Below, piece after piece: positions 34,257 through 48,883 of a stretch of 64,000 bases of DNA (its first letter is position 1; the number at the start of each line of letters is the position of its first letter). Source of the stretch: Blasia pusilla (taxonomy: Eukaryota); NCBI GenBank assembly GCA_050084515.1, contig CM114271.1, positions 40,672,001 through 40,736,000 on the forward strand, read 5' to 3'. Both the position numbers and the translations under genes were made by a program. The notes below the pieces were generated by a model. The model did not search any database, was not told the origin of the DNA, and was given only the letters and a program-made list of their open reading frames with translations.

Positions 34257-36396
34257 ATGGACGACGAGCCAGTTCCGAGCGCCACGCGCGCGGAAGGTGG
34301 GGGTGGTAATTATGGAGAGGGAGGCGTGTTTGGTTCAGAGGAGGAATCGGTCCAAGAAGAGTTTGGAACGGATGAGGGAAGCAGTGATGTGGAGCTGCTC
34401 CAAATAGTGTGGCGGAACGAGAAGTCTTCCCCGGAGATTTTGCCGTATGAATCGTCGTTGGTGGAGCGCATTCAAGAGCAGATCATGCTCATGGTATGGC
34501 CATCCAGCCTCTCTGTTATTTTCTGGAAAGGATTTTTTCTCTTCTTTTCTGAGGATCGTTTTTTACTGGAAACGGACGTTTAGCTAGCGCACCCTGTTTT
34601 GAAACTTTTCGAAGCAATGTCATATGAGAAGCGGTGTCTGTTATATGGTTATCACCCAGCCATTACTCTTCTTATGGAACTGAATGTATTGTCGATACTT
34701 GCTCCCGTCATGCTTGGGGCTTTCTGGATGCATTTTTATGTGAGTGGTTGTCTGTTGAGATAACTATTTCTCATACCCTGGGTCTATCGATTCCATCCGC
34801 ACTTAAAAGGTCGTCACGTGATTGGCTACTAAATCGTTAAGCTGGGCTCATTTTAAGAATTCATAATTAAGGTTGAGATATTTATTCTTCATGCACTGGC
34901 TCGATCGGTTTGTACCGCACTCGGGGTCGTTGCATGGTTTCCCTATGTCCTGTTCCCTTACGCTAGCCCCATTTATGAAACTTCATGTTTGGATGGTTTT
35001 GCAGGAGGACAACATAGAAGCCTTTGCGACGGAGATCTCTGACGAGTTAATGCTCTCTTTGTATCGTATGGATGTCAGCCGCACGGTCTTCTTGCTGCGA
35101 TCCTATCTCCGGACGCGAATCAGTAAAGTACTACCACAATTCTCCTATCTGGATGTGCATTAGTCCAATTATTTCAAACCTTTCTGAGTTCTTGAGCTCA
35201 TTACTACGCACTTCGAACCGTGACAGAAATTCCTCCTACTTGCCAGCTGGTCTGGAAATTCATGACAAAGATACTGAGATTGTAATCGCTGTGTGGGGCC
35301 GGGAATAGATAGAAAGGCATGCAATGTACATAGTTGAAACTCAAGAGCTTTGGGAGAGACTATCCGATAACGAGCAGGAGTATGCCAAGAAGTAAGTTTG
35401 CCAGCGGCAGAAAGCCGTCTTGCATTTGTATCCAAAGTCACCGAAAACGAACTGATTCCTGCGAGTTTCAACTCTATACAAGATCAGAAGTGGGAAATTA
35501 TACTCGTGATGCTGTTATAATCCCTTGCTCTGTGCAAAGTATAGACGCTTGATTCACTTTCGAAGGTTCTGTACTCCCCCATATGTGGACTGAAACGAAC
35601 AACAGAAATGACTTGCCCGGTCTTTTGCAGGTTCTGTGAGATTTTCTCCAAGCACATGGAACAAAGTGTCCTCAGCAGATTACCATCTCAGTACGGGTCT
35701 ATATCCAAGCAAACCGCCTCGAACGAGGAGAGCGATATGAGTATCCTACTGTAGATACAATATAAAACAATGTTGGGATGGACCTGAATTGAAAGCACGT
35801 TTAAGTTTTTCCTCATGAAAATCTCGAGTTATTATTAGTGTGGATTTCTGGTATCATTCCCAACTCTTTTACCTCTTTTCCCAAAAAGTTGAACGCGAAT
35901 CTTATGTCTTCCTTCACTAACCTTCAGTTCCCAAGCCGCAACTCGACACTTTTGTTTTCTGCAGGATTAGAGGAGCCATTGGTTCCTTCCAACTGGATGA
36001 GAAGTGAGTATCATGACCACCGTGTGTGTATTTAGGTTCATGCAAGCTTGTCGGACAAGGCTTCTAAGATGTAGATGTAGATGTTTCTATTTTGAAACGA
36101 GAAATTTTGAAGGGTACATGTGAGTCAGTCGGTCCAGTTCTCCGTCGTGAAGTTCTTTGAGGAAAAGTCTCTTCAATGGAGTGCACTAGTGGTTTGTCTT
36201 ATGGGTGGCTCGGAGTGGCGATATCTTTTGCGGATCTGCTTCAGAAAGCTCAGGGAAAACTGTGTTCTGATTCCGTTTTGTAGTATGTCCAAACAGAGGT
36301 GATGAGACCGTGGATCTCATGACGAACGACTTGTATATTCTAAGGTACAAGCCTGTAAGAAAGCTCCTAGAGGCGAATAGGATAGAACTGATTTGA
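34257..36396 (+). CDS. SLD5: DNA replication complex GINS subunit SLD5 (GINS4); 6 exons: 34257-34493, 35005-35127, 35309-35391, 35631-35740, 35928-36003, 36297-36396 (242 aa)
   Basis: SDVELLQIVWRNEKSSPEILPYE...LYRMDVSRTVFLLRSYLRTRISKIERH...PKPQLDTFVFC...DLYILRYKPV...IELI*. All introns are GT-AG and the frame closes at 729 nt. Confidence 0.95.
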
Positions 36397-39300
36397 ACTT
36401 TAGTTATGTCAGTTACCTGTATAGAACGTGCTCAAGGATTGTTCGACCATTATATCATCTCCTTCGTCTTAAATGGTCAAAATGAGGTACCATTCAAGAC
36501 GGCGGTACCCCATTTTGAACATTTAAGAAGGTCGTGGGATGGATTAGCGAATGTGACTGCTGAAGTGTGATGTACACTAACAGCGCAATTATTCTCTTAC
36601 AGTTGTGCAGTTGACGGTTCAGGAGTCACAATTCAGTCTATATTTTCTTGTCTCCTACCATTTTTGTGTTGTTTCTTAAGAAGATAGCCGAACAGAGCCT
36701 ACCCAGCGCATTGCCAATGAAACATGTAAACCAGAACGATGATCTGCAATCACATCCCGTTTTTGTTGAGGGTTAATACCCAGGATCGAAATGCTCTCAC
36801 AGAAACCTGACTCCTCGAATATGATTAAAACTCCGAACGGGAGTTCTGTCGCGAGCTGATCATTTAGTGGACGCGTCATAACGATAAGCAATCCCTAAGA
36901 TCGAGCGGGTGACTTCGGGTACCGGTTGTCTAATGTGGAGGTGTTCATATGAAGTGGGATTTCTCGGTAATGCTATCTATCACTAGACGCTTTACGGCAC
37001 TAAATGGAGCGTTTAAGTCGCAGCGTTCTTCAGCACTGCTCTGACCCAAGTACAGCACATTCGGCATTCCAGGATTAAGGATTGGTGACTTGAGGACCTC
37101 CTAGACCTTCACGTTCTTCGGTCGCTCGTTTCCTTTCGTTTGTTCTAATTATTCTGCTCTCTGGGTGTGAGTTCCTCACCTCACCTCGCACCTTCGTGAC
37201 GGAGTGATGTAATGAAAAGGTTCAGAATGGTTGGGGGAGGTTTAATCGTCGCAGTGGTCCTTGGTTTTGTCTTGAATTGGGCCCCCGTGATTTAGGTGCG
37301 TACGTAAACGAGACAATAAAGGAGCGAATCCTCCTTCAGACGTTAAACCAAGAAATTATATCGGGCAGACACTTCTCGTCGTGGTCCTCTTAGTGGACCT
37401 GAAACGAAACGGAAAACTCGCGCAAGGGACGGAAGTGTCATCCACCGAACGTGTCCGATTCGCGATCCGGGACACTGGACGGAACTCTTGCCCTCCCTCT
37501 CGAACACGAGTTCGCAGACTGTAGTGTCGTAAAATCGGCGCTGAAACACGCGAGCCAGTTCACATCTGCTACCGACTGAATGCGAGGCTCGCCACTATCT
37601 CAGGGGCCGGGGAGGAGACGGTAGTAGCGTCCCATGTAGTTGGAGAATGTTCTAAAGGTGAGTGCGGCTATGTTTAGAGGGTCATGAGAGCAGATCAAAG
37701 TACCGTGAGCCCTGAGCGTGCCCATGACGCATGCATGTTGAGCCGGCTAGTATTAATCCTCGTGGTCGGTGCGAGCACGGCGATCCATTTCGCGGCGTTT
37801 AGCAAGTACAATGCATGGTGAAGGCAAGTACAAGACACCGGACTTCCTGGAGTTTGCATTGTTGTCAAGACGTTCGTCGGGCTTCAAATTTGGGAGCTCA
37901 TGATGATGGTGAAGCGGATAGACGATGATTTCCAGCCAGTGCCCCGGCCCCGCTGTCAGCGTGTGCGAACACCTAACGTCCGGGGCGATAGAAAAGAAAT
38001 CCGACGACGCGTGTTGCCTGTGATGATCACATTTCAGCGTGGATTTCCTCACAAGGATCCCCAGGCATGATTGCCAACTTTTTGCATGGCTTGGGTCTCG
38101 GCGGGCACGATGGACTACTTTCTACAAACTCGGTTGCTTGCCAGAAACGACTGAGGTTTTACTCGCGCTTACTCGGGTCGATCTTTCCTCACACGACACA
38201 CTGTTTCTAATCGCCGGGCTCGTCTGCACCACTCGCAGGAATGGGCACGGACTCCGTGCCATTCCTACGCTCTCTGCATGGCTCGGGCCCGAAATCTGAG
38301 TTCTCCGGATCCGGAGTTCATGAGTGATGATGATGTATACTAACTCGACTGGCCCTTCTCTTGCCGCTTCACTGTTCGTCCCTCGCCGATCTCGCGAGAG
38401 CTCGGGAGCTGCGTTGCGTAAGGGTATCAGTAGATTTGCGCACGAGTCCTGCGCCTGCGACGAGGGTTCATAATGAATTGAGGGTTTCTCCTCCTCGAGT
38501 CCGAGTCCTCGCTCGCTGGTAATCGCGTTCTCCTCCTCCGTGCGATTTGCGAAATTTTCTCCTTCCGCAGTGTGCCACTCTCGGGAAACACGCTGTGTCG
38601 GATTTCCATTCCATTTCGAGGACCGAGAGACTCCTCGGACTCCGCAGAAGAAGAAGAAGAGGAAGGACGGAGGAGGGGGGAACACGTTCTGTCTTGTCAG
38701 AACGGACTCGATCTAGAGAAGTCCCCAAAATGATTAGGACAATATTAAGTAGAGAAGGAGCGTGGGGCGACGCCGCTAAACTAGGGGAACAAACGAGGCG
38801 CGAAAAGGGTGGCGAGGACGGGGAAGCTCAGGGGCCATGATCGCAGGATTCGCAGCACATCGCCAGAGGAGCTCAGGCCACAGGAACCTCCCGCGTACAT
38901 TATTAAACCTGTAACGAAAGCACTGTTTGACCTGGTCCTGAGTCCTGACTGTAAAGCTGGGGCTTTTGGCAGTCGTGGGGAAGAGTGGCCGGCTGGGCTC
39001 CCGCTGTAATAGTAGCGTGTTTGGAGGTGCTGCGCCGTATCCATCAAACATTTGCCTCCCAAACTGCTGAAAGAGCGGAACTTCTATGTTTGGCGGAGTA
39101 CAAACGCGGCTGCGGTCCACCCGGCTTGCACAGTTTCAGGGGATATTCCGCCACTACTTCCCGCCGATGGAATCGCTCCCCCGATCAGCTTTCCACATCT
39201 CGCCTTCCGCGGTTAACACCCCGAGTGTCTGTCTTAACCCTTTATCCTCTCCCTCCCCGAGTCCTGCCACTTTAGCTGTCCCCTCCCCCATCCCCCCCCT

Positions 39301-42300
39301 TAACCGCTCCTCCGTCCGACTCTCCGCCACCTCCCATCCCTCCGTCCCTCCGGTGGATGTCCGTGGCTGCGACTCAGCTGCTCTCCGTCGTCCCCCTCGA
39401 CTTCTCTGGGCCTTTCCTCGCCATCGAAGGCTGCTCGAGATGTGCGCGAGAGACCCGAAAACCTTCAGAACTCACAGTGAAACACGCATTACGTTGTGCG
39501 ATTCCTTCGCCGAATGAAAGAAAGAATCGGCCCTCAGCCCAGAAAAAAAGGCTGCAGCCGGAGGTGCGGCATTCGCGGTGTGGCGATACTGCAGTACCGG
39601 CTCCGCCTGGTGCACGAATCCCAGCGCACGTGTACGCAGGCGTCCGCCGAATCCCAAGTGAGCATCCACCACGAGAAAGAATGTTCACAGATGCATTTCT
39701 GTCACGGCATTTCTGCTGCTGCGGCTCCTTCTTCTTCTTCTTCTTCCCTTGTGAAGTGGCGTCGGGTCGAGGAGCCCGTCCTCCGTAACAGTCAACTCAT
39801 TCTTGACGACGAGAGACAGAGAGAGGCAGAAACATCTCTCGGATTCCCTGCACATTCCGCTCCGAAGAATAATCGCTCGACTTTTCGTCATAGGGAACGC
39901 GCCTTTCCCCTCCGACTCCGAGCAAGACGCCCGAGATTTACGCTCTTCTCAAGTGTAGCAAGCGTTTCTTGAGGACGAAGTCGCACGAGACCTTGCGCCT
40001 CTTGCGCATTGGAAATAAATCTATCACAATCTCAAACCCCTCTTGCGTTTCAAATGACCGTCAACACTCATTATTTGAAGGAGCTGTAAAAGTGAACAAC
40101 CGAAAGAATAGACCTCTCTTTTCGCTTCTTGTGAGGGTCTGTTATGGTTGTGAATCCAATGGAATTTAGTAACTCTTCATACTCGACGGTCCTTCGAAAC
40201 TCTTTTATTTATGGTGCCTTTATTCTTACTCTTGACCTTACCACCTACTGAGGCCCTTTACTCGATCATCATCACCATTCCATCACGCGTTTTCACACCA
40301 AATGAAGATCGATGAGAAGAAGAAAATAAACTGTTGACGAGTCACGATTGACTCCACTTCTTTTGGGATATCCCATCACTAAATTTCAAGCGGTTTCCGC
40401 CCAAATGAAGACTTAGTGGAACTCCAACTTCGTCTTCACCATACGCTCATACCAACGTTTCCTAGAAGCCTTACTTTGGTCCGTTCGTGTATCGCCGTTC
40501 CCATTTCTCGGATTTTCTCTCACTCATCTACCCTCGGGTCTCTTGAGTTCTCGAGCTCTTATTGAACATCTATCCTCATTCGTATTTATTTTTCTTGAAC
40601 ACATTCGTCCTCATGGCTCTTGAATTTTCGCCGCCTTTGGGAACATATAAACCCCTGGTTCGTTGATTTTCAACGCAATTTGGGGCACATCGATCCTCAT
40701 ATCTAGCGCGCAGGCACTGTAGCCGTTTCGTAAGTGCGTACGCTGACTCTCCATGTGCAGCGAGCTCCGCACAGTGAAGTCTAGATAATGCTCCACGAGC
40801 AGAACAGGGAGAGAAGTATGTACGAGGACCTTCCGATCCAAAATTCTAAATGAACGAGCCCAAGTGAAGTGGAAGCCATTAACGTCCCGACTTTTAATAA
40901 GACTTGTGCGCTGAGGCTCTCCCATGTGGGCGGATGCAAAATGGAAGCCACAATCCCTGGGGAGGAAGGGTCCATGTATTAGAGTATTCACCATCGCACA
41001 TGAATGAAAGCTCGATCGATGTCGTTGTTCTCTCTTGTGATGGTGCCCAGATGATCAAGTGCCTTCGGTCAAGTTTGGTGGCTTACACGAGGGGCACCCT
41101 CTAAAGGTGAGGGTTTTCCATGTCGCTGCACTAAGAAAGCTCCTAATTTTTCGTCACATAGCTTGGCGAGAAGAATCGTTTATAGGGATGACACGTGCTC
41201 ATTCCCTAGACGCATTACGTGTGCATCCCTGACCATACTAAGGACTAGAATCTAGCGTGATTAACAAATGTCAAGTTTGGAGATTCTTGGGAAGTTCATG
41301 AACAAGATCATCAAGTGGTGGCAGCTCTATATTAAACAATCCGTATGAGAATAATATGCGAATATCTCTAGGTGATAGGGCTTGCCCTTCGAAGGAACAC
41401 AGTGGATTCAGTGTTTAACAAAGTGCTATATCTTTTGTCCGTAGTTTAGTTTAGATATACATGTGTGAACTTAGTGATCAGACCATCGAACAGTTGTAGA
41501 TCTACATTAAAAATGCTATAGGAGAGTGGTACCAAGTTCTCTCAAGTTGATAAATGAGGGAGTAGAGACTAGTTTATATGCTTACTTACGTTCTGGCAAC
41601 TAATTTTAGTTTTAGATAGTGGGATACATAGCACGAGGAGAGCTATGAACATACACGGAAGCATATATATAATGGAGAGAATAAGATTACAGAATTTGGT
41701 GGACTTCCAGCCACAAACAAGAGCTTCAAAGTGCAACTCCATCCAAAGAAGAGATTCAAAAAGACTAATATTATGCCATAACAACTCAAAGGAGTTCCCC
41801 CTCTCACACACACACACACATAGTGAAAATCTAGAGAAATGGTGGGCATCCTTTCTAATATTAGAGACCGCCCAAAAAAACAAAGAAACTAGTGCATACA
41901 AAGACAACACCACCCATTGGAGAATTGTATACAACATGAGCTAAGAGGAAGTTTGCACATCACGAAAATTTGCTGGCAGCGGGAGAAATAGAAGATGCCG
42001 CCTTTGCAATTGCACAACAACAACTAACAACTGTTGATGAAGGTGGTTCGAGTCCACGAGCAAATGGTATGCGGGGGAGCGATGGGTGCTCTTGCTTCGA
42101 TCCATGCAAGCGAGGATGTGGCAACTTGTGAAAATAGGAGGGACGTTGTGCGACTCTTCGGGTAGTGGGTGTGTGGCTCTCTTGCCATGCCATTGGAGAA
42201 TGTGACGACTTGTGGGATTCAAGTTGGTGGATCCAAGGCGCTAGAGCTAGAGAGAGGTTGGGCTACTATTGCGTGGTTGCTTCTCTTGGTGGATGTGGCA

Positions 42301-44129
42301 ACCTGTGAGAAAAGGAGACGTCTCCAACTACAAGTTTCAGATTTCTAAGGCCAAGTTTCTATTCACCTCCAAAAGCGAAGATGCCACCCGCGCGTGTGCA
42401 GAGTGTCTCCACACATATTCCCTAACGTATATAGAGGGTCGCTCCGCTGTCAGCATTTTACTTACCAGTTCCTGTATAAGGGGTGGTCGGTAAAAGAAGG
42501 GTCAACTTTTTGGAAGAACCTCTAAATGAAAATATCCCGAGAAGAAAAAAACGGCAACAAGGTAGAAGTTTAGTGTGTTTAGGAATACTTCCTAAATACC
42601 GCGTCAGGTTTTTTTTTTTTTAAGTATAAGTTCAAACTTTGTTTTAAATTCTGTCTCTCTCTCTCAAAAGTTAATGAAGAAATAACATTTTTCCCCGCCT
42701 CCAAATCCATCTTTTCCATAGATTTTTTAGCCGAAAGGAAATTATCAATTAGCTTGGACGCGTGTAAACTCTTTTAACTCGACAAGCTAAGCTCAAATGA
42801 GCGCATGTAATGGATACTCGAAATGGGGGACTTATATCAATCCATGACTAGAAATTCCCACCATAGGGCGGTGGTAACTCGGCATGGGCTCTTTTAGTGG
42901 ACCCTCCAAATGAAAGCATATGTGTTAGTAGCTAGCTATAGCCCGTGCGCTTTCTTTAGAAATGCTCTATGCGCCACCTTTCCTCAAGTGTTGGTCCCCA
43001 TACATAGACTACAAAATCTGGGTCCCCACAACAGTAGTGCCCCTGAAATAGCAGCGTTCCATCTTAGTTAGAAACTGTGCCAAAGTAGCTGGCATCCGGT
43101 CCTGCCAAACTGCGGCACGTAGAAGTTGCATAGTCACCCCCTGGCCTCCGTGGCGCCACGGGGCTCACAACAATCTCCGTCCTTCACCCACCGCCAGAGT
43201 CACCGAGTAACGAACGGACGAGGGTGTGTGATGCTGCAATAAAAGTCGGCCCGAGTTGGGACTCGGGAGGGGCGCGGCATCATGCGGTCCCTCAGGGACC
43301 TCCACAAGGACTTTCCTTATGGGTTCGGTTCTTGTCGTGCACTAGTGCTCCAACAGACGAAAGCATGCTACGTGTCACCTGTACACGAGCCTGTGCATAC
43401 TAGTGGTTCTAGCATGTGGTCGAGTTAGATTAACCATGGGTTTCAAATGATTTTTTTAAAATTAAAATTTTGTTTTTCCGTCCCTAAAATCAGGGAGATT
43501 GCGATGCAATGATCTAAACCTTCCCCTCCCCGTAGGTCTTGGATTTGAATATGGCGTCCCTCACTTAAATTTTTTTTAAGTTCTTCTCTTTCTCTAAAAA
43601 AATCATTTCCAACCCTCCTTGGACTATTTGAGAATTCTTGGGCGGGAGGCCTTTCAGAGCCTATTGCCCTATTATCCTCGTGTATTGAATTTCTTACTTG
43701 TGTTCTAGTTAATTTCACTCATGGGTTTTAGAAATTCGCTCATGAACAAGTCCATCCATAAGACCAACTTAAGTCCTCATACTTTTGAGTGTGTTGTGGG
43801 GTAGAGGGGGAGGGGAGCAAAAATCATGAGGTGGGTAGGATAGTGGTGGGAATGTGCATGGCACAATTTGGGGAAAAAAAAGTCCGGCAGAATTGTGTGG
43901 GAAAAATTCTTGCTAGCACAAGTATGTCCATATGATAGACATAAGTCCGCAAAATTTTCCATATTTAACCCTCGCATATAAGTGTGAAAAACTCCATATA
44001 GTCTGCAAACCTTACTTATTTAACGTGTATACTCATGACACGTAAACATAACACCAAATTTTCCATGAAGTGTTGATGTGGGTTCAACCAACATTTCATC
44101 CCACGCGAGCTCCACTGCACATCCTGTAT

Positions 44130-45780
44130 GCCTTAATGGAATCTAAAGAACTGAAATATATCTCTAGATAGTTCCTTGCCAACCTTGGTGAAGACCTCAA
44201 TCAATTGTTTATATGTGTTTGCATACATAAGCTCTATATCATCTACCAAAACTTTTCTCTCAAATGAAATAATAACCCACCTTTGTGTTTTTCCCTTGTA
44301 TGAAATAATGGATTTTTTTTCCAAATAAACACTACTCGTGTTATCTACATGGTGATAGTTGGATCTCAACATTAATTTGGGCTTATATCTACAAGCAGAT
44401 TGTTCAAGTATATCTACAAGTACATTGTAGACAGTGAAGACTTTGGGAGAGCTCTCCCAAAGTCTTTCGACTCAAACTATCCTTGCAATTGTACTTTGAT
44501 TTGTTGTATAAGAAACTCACTACTACTGGTCACAACCAAATCATGAACAAAGATAATGATTAGATCTTGTTCAACTCTCAATGAATAAAGTGAGAAAATT
44601 GAACTAAGAAACTGAAATCTAAGGATCTTTGGGAATTTAATGACCTTGCCATACCAAACTCTTTGAGTTTTTTTTTTAGTTTATCAAGAGTCTTTCTCCG
44701 TTCCAAAGAAGGAGAATCTAGATGCTCATATCCATAGGCCTAGACTATGTAGACTTCCTCCTCCAAGTCTCATTGAGAAATGCATTCTTCAAATCCATCT
44801 AATGCATTCTTCATCCTTGTCTAGTGGCTAATGATATAAAATTTATAATTGGCACTATGCAGTCCATAGAACTAAATGTCTCATCATATATAGTCCAAGC
44901 CACCATGTTATACTAATAAGTCCTTGTGTATATTAATATTCTTATTTGAATTATAGGTCACCTTGAGAACCCATTTACATTCAATCACCTCCTTACCTTG
45001 TGGAAGATCAAACATCTCCCATGTTCCCCAAGGTTGCGAGCTCTTCATCCGTAGGTCTAACCCAATCTACCATTTTAATTATGGCTTTAAGAATGCTCAA
45101 CTCCTATACTTGAAGATTTTTCACCATATATGCATTCTGAATAGCCAAGAAGTAATTATGCCTAAATCTCTACACATAATGTCTTATCATGTTTAATATT
45201 CAAAGTGTAGAAGTGCAATGAGGACTATAACCCCTTCCTCCATCATCTTTTGGAACACCTAGTTAATGAACTATTCCATTTCTTCCATCAAAATTTTCAC
45301 TTGCTTCAAATTTACTATATGAAATCACTTCTAGAATTTTTGGACCAAGTCTCAACCTTCCGAACCATAGACTTAAAAAAAACTGAGAGTTTATCACCTC
45401 TCATAATCCTTTGTTAGTGTTGTTGGATTGATGATGCACCATGAGCATTAGAGCATCCCTTCTTGGATTATAAATTGACTCACTAAGCATGCTAGCGATC
45501 TGAATTGAATCTAGTTTCTTCAATTCACTAAAAGCCTCATCTTAACTAGTGCAAATTTCTTTTTGACAAGATTATAAAATCTATAATCCTTAGAATGGAT
45601 ATCATAACACACGAATATATATCCTTTTGCTTCACTAAATGAAGTCCAAAACTCTACTCCTCACTTGTCGTGCAAAGAGCTTCCAACCTTGAGACCTATG
45701 AGCATAAGACTTGGTTTTGGTCTCAGAGGACCCAAACTAGTTGCTTGTTTTGTAGGTTATGTCTTGGAAGATGCTAAGCG
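44130..45780 (-). mobile_element. Highly degraded Ty1/copia remnant
   Basis: ERKVLVDDIELMYANTYKQLIEVFTK resembles the copia RNase H C-terminus; upstream AT-rich gag-like decay. Confidence 0.6.
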
Positions 45781-45834
45781 ATAATCAGGTCCAAATATTC
45801 TAAGAATGGGTAGAAACTCACCAAGATGGTTCAA

Positions 45835-46019
45835 TGTAACCATCCTTTGTTAGTCATAGTTAAGTTAGAGTCTATGACATGTAGCGCATATATAACTAGG
45901 AAAGAAGCAACCAAAAGAGAAAAGACATGAGATAAAGATGAGAGTGGGACCATAAGTTGGTGAAAAGTAAGATAAGCATGAGATTGGGGAAGATGAGGTA
46001 GGGACATTAGAGTCCAAAG
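45835..46019 (+). repeat. Truncated copy of the chromovirus LTR
   Basis: TGTAACCATCCTTTGTTAGTCATAGTTAAGTTAG... matches ~798-990. Confidence 0.88.
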
Positions 46020-46899
46020 AACCTCCCGGGTTGCCACAGGGTTAGATGTAACTTAAGAAATCACACTTGTACTCTGCAATTGCCTTTTTTATGAAAAGTC
46101 GAAGTGCATACTGTGATATGTGTTGTTCCCAATGTATGGGTGACATTTTCTATGGCTTATCGCATTCAACCCTTTCAGGCAACTCCTGTCGACAATCTGT
46201 TTCTGTCTCGACATTTCCACACACTTATCGCATTCAACCAACCGAAGCCACTCCTGTCCACAATCTAAATCTGTATGTTTGGTTTGTAACTGATGGTCTT
46301 CTATACTTGTTGAGGTTCTAAACATGGCCTAGTACATATCCATGGACTTGGAACACTGTTTGTGAGGTGTTCAACAAGATGAACACTGGAGCTGCGATGT
46401 TCATCTTGCATATGCTTTGTTTCACTACATATCACCGCATACGCGTATTATAGACAAGTCGTTGTTGCACTTCAACATTATTTAACGGCTATTCGTTTCA
46501 CATGATTATTTTAGCAACGAATTTAGGGTCAACTAAGTTAGCTGTGGTAGGGTCGACGCCGCTAAAACTTTACGAAGAGGGACATGGCTCGAGGGTAGGG
46601 TTGGGAGCGTGTCCAAAGCGTTTTTTTCTAGTCAAGCCTATCTTCTTTAGTTACAACTAGTTTAGAGGAATCTCTTTATGACGAAAGTGGCGGTGTTTTG
46701 CCTCTACGGCGTGGAACACGACGCAGTATAGCTGCGCCCCCCTGTACGTGGTTAAGCCTCCGATGTGGAATGGTGCGCGCGCGCGAGGTATGCGTGCCCG
46801 ACCGGCTTGAGAAGCGAAGTGCATAAATGAGATTCAAAAATGCCCACGGGATCCGAATGGGATCTTGTCAGAGCTGCCATCGCGGTAGAAACCAAACTT

Positions 46900-48450
46900 G
46901 ATTCAAAAGGTTTTATTCAAGAATGCACAACATAATAAGGGATGAACACATGTTTTCAGGTGTTCGATTTAAAAGCATAATCTTCCCATTGAAAACAACC
47001 ACTCTCTTTCCACTAAGTATCAACTCTTCTTCTTTGCTACTCCATTTTTCTTTGGGGTAGAAATTGTGGTAACTTGCCTTCTGATGCCGAGTTGTTCTCG
47101 AAAGGCATCAAAATTGATAGAGATAAACCGACCTCCTCCATCTTATCTCAATTTGAGAAACTGAATGCAATATCCATATTTCTTCTCAAGCAAACTGTGG
47201 AACTTTTGGGATATCTTAAATACTTCGGATTTTTCTTTTAGGAAGTGTAGTAGTATATCCATATCCTTCTAAAGATATCATCAATGAAGGATAAAAATTA
47301 CTGACTACCACTCAAAATAGGTTGAGATGTTATCAAGACATGTGTATATACAAGCTCTTGTATTTTGGACCCATGTTTATCTTTGCTTGAAAATGGTCAC
47401 CTTGCTTTCTTGCCAAATTGACAAGCATGGCAAACTTAATATTTATGAAGAATACTAGATGAAATGAAATATGGTACTTATATCACCATGTTAGAGTTTT
47501 TCTAGACTTTTCAATATCTAATACTGTATATGATTTATCCTCTTATGCCAAGTCTCCAAATCTTCTAACTTTAGATCACTCTATCCATACATTACTACAT
47601 ACAATAGGTAAAATAACATTTAATTTCAACATCCTTTTAGATCTACTTTCCATTACGACTAACTTGTGGATAATTAGATTTTCAGTAAAATAACCTTCTT
47701 TATTGAATGTAACCTTGCAATTGTATTATACTGTTTTTCCTCTAAGACTAGAGATGAAATGTCTCATAATAGTAGGCATACATAGAAAACCTCCCAAAGC
47801 ATTGATGCCATAGGATGAAAGAGTGATAAGAATTTCATTGAGTATATCATGTTCTGAATGATCTCAATTCACAAAAAAATTTGGAGTCCCCAATGCTTCC
47901 ATGGTAAGGGACCATTCTTCATGAATCGATGCACCATTTTTCACCACTCGTAATTTTTCTCTTTGACTCCATGGATTTTCTCATGATATCATTCATTGTG
48001 AATGCTTTCTTGTCACTCTATTAATATTCCACATAATCTTTTTGGAAAGACTTTCAGATCTAATGTTCTTTCACTTCTTCAACCAACCTTTGGTGTACTA
48101 ACCATTCCTCCAATAGTTGCAAAAGTCCATAAGGTCAATAACCTTGATTATGGTCATTTTCTCTACCTCTATAGTTTCCCCGTCTTCTACCAAAGTTAAT
48201 TTTTTGGCAATGCGATTGTTGTTGTACCACGTAGAGAACACTAAATCACAGCTCTTAAGTTGCTTCTCAATGTGGTTTGGTAGTACCCATTATTGACTTA
48301 CTCCAAGTTTCCCTCCAACATGAGCATAACTCACAAAAAATTTCACAAATTTACCATCATTAAAATTTCCAATAGCAATTAATCTAAAATTCTTAACTTG
48401 GAACCTATTTATTCTTACAATGCAACTCAAAACCTAAGTTTTGTCTTGGA
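46900..48450 (-). mobile_element. Degraded Ty1/copia gag-pre-integrase/integrase remnant
   Basis: Minus strand reads CQFGKKAR...ELVYTHV and GIRRQVTTISTPKKNGVAK (copia integrase-like), with many stops. Confidence 0.65.
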
Positions 48451-48883
48451 TTTTTTTTATAAATATTCCGCTTAACCTTGCAATAATTGGGGAGCCCATG
48501 AAAAACTAAATGTCAACATTAAAATTTTATACTCAACAAGCCTCCATTCCATACATTTCTAAAAAATGCCATGAGAATGTTTCTACCTTTAACCCAAGAC
48601 CCATTAGTAATTTTGAGGTTAACGGAAAATGCATGACCTCAAAATTAAATAGAACACATCGAACTGGTAATTTAAGCCACATTTGGAGGGAAAGGCTTAA
48701 AGAGTTACGAAGAACTTCTAACTTAACATTCTTAAATGATCTTAATTACGGGCAAGTTATTCCACAGTGATTTCTCATTTGTCGGATGTGAGTCAAAATA
48801 ATGACAGGGTCCGTGTTCATATTTGTCCACTCTAAAATTTAAAATTTTGATGGATGGCTCTTCATGCCTTGTTACTCCCTTCA

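Noticed and set aside
37320-38700. Exon-like GC-rich segments on the minus strand downstream of SLD5
   Set aside because: I could not join plausible splice sites into an open, recognisable protein; may be UTR or lncRNA.
38700-40000. Many overlapping 100-160 aa ORFs in all frames
   Set aside because: Expected from high GC content; no domain motifs.
42930-43404. Helitron-like hairpin plus CTAG motifs at ~42930 (minus) and ~43400 (plus)
   Set aside because: Weak stems and no matching 5' end identified.
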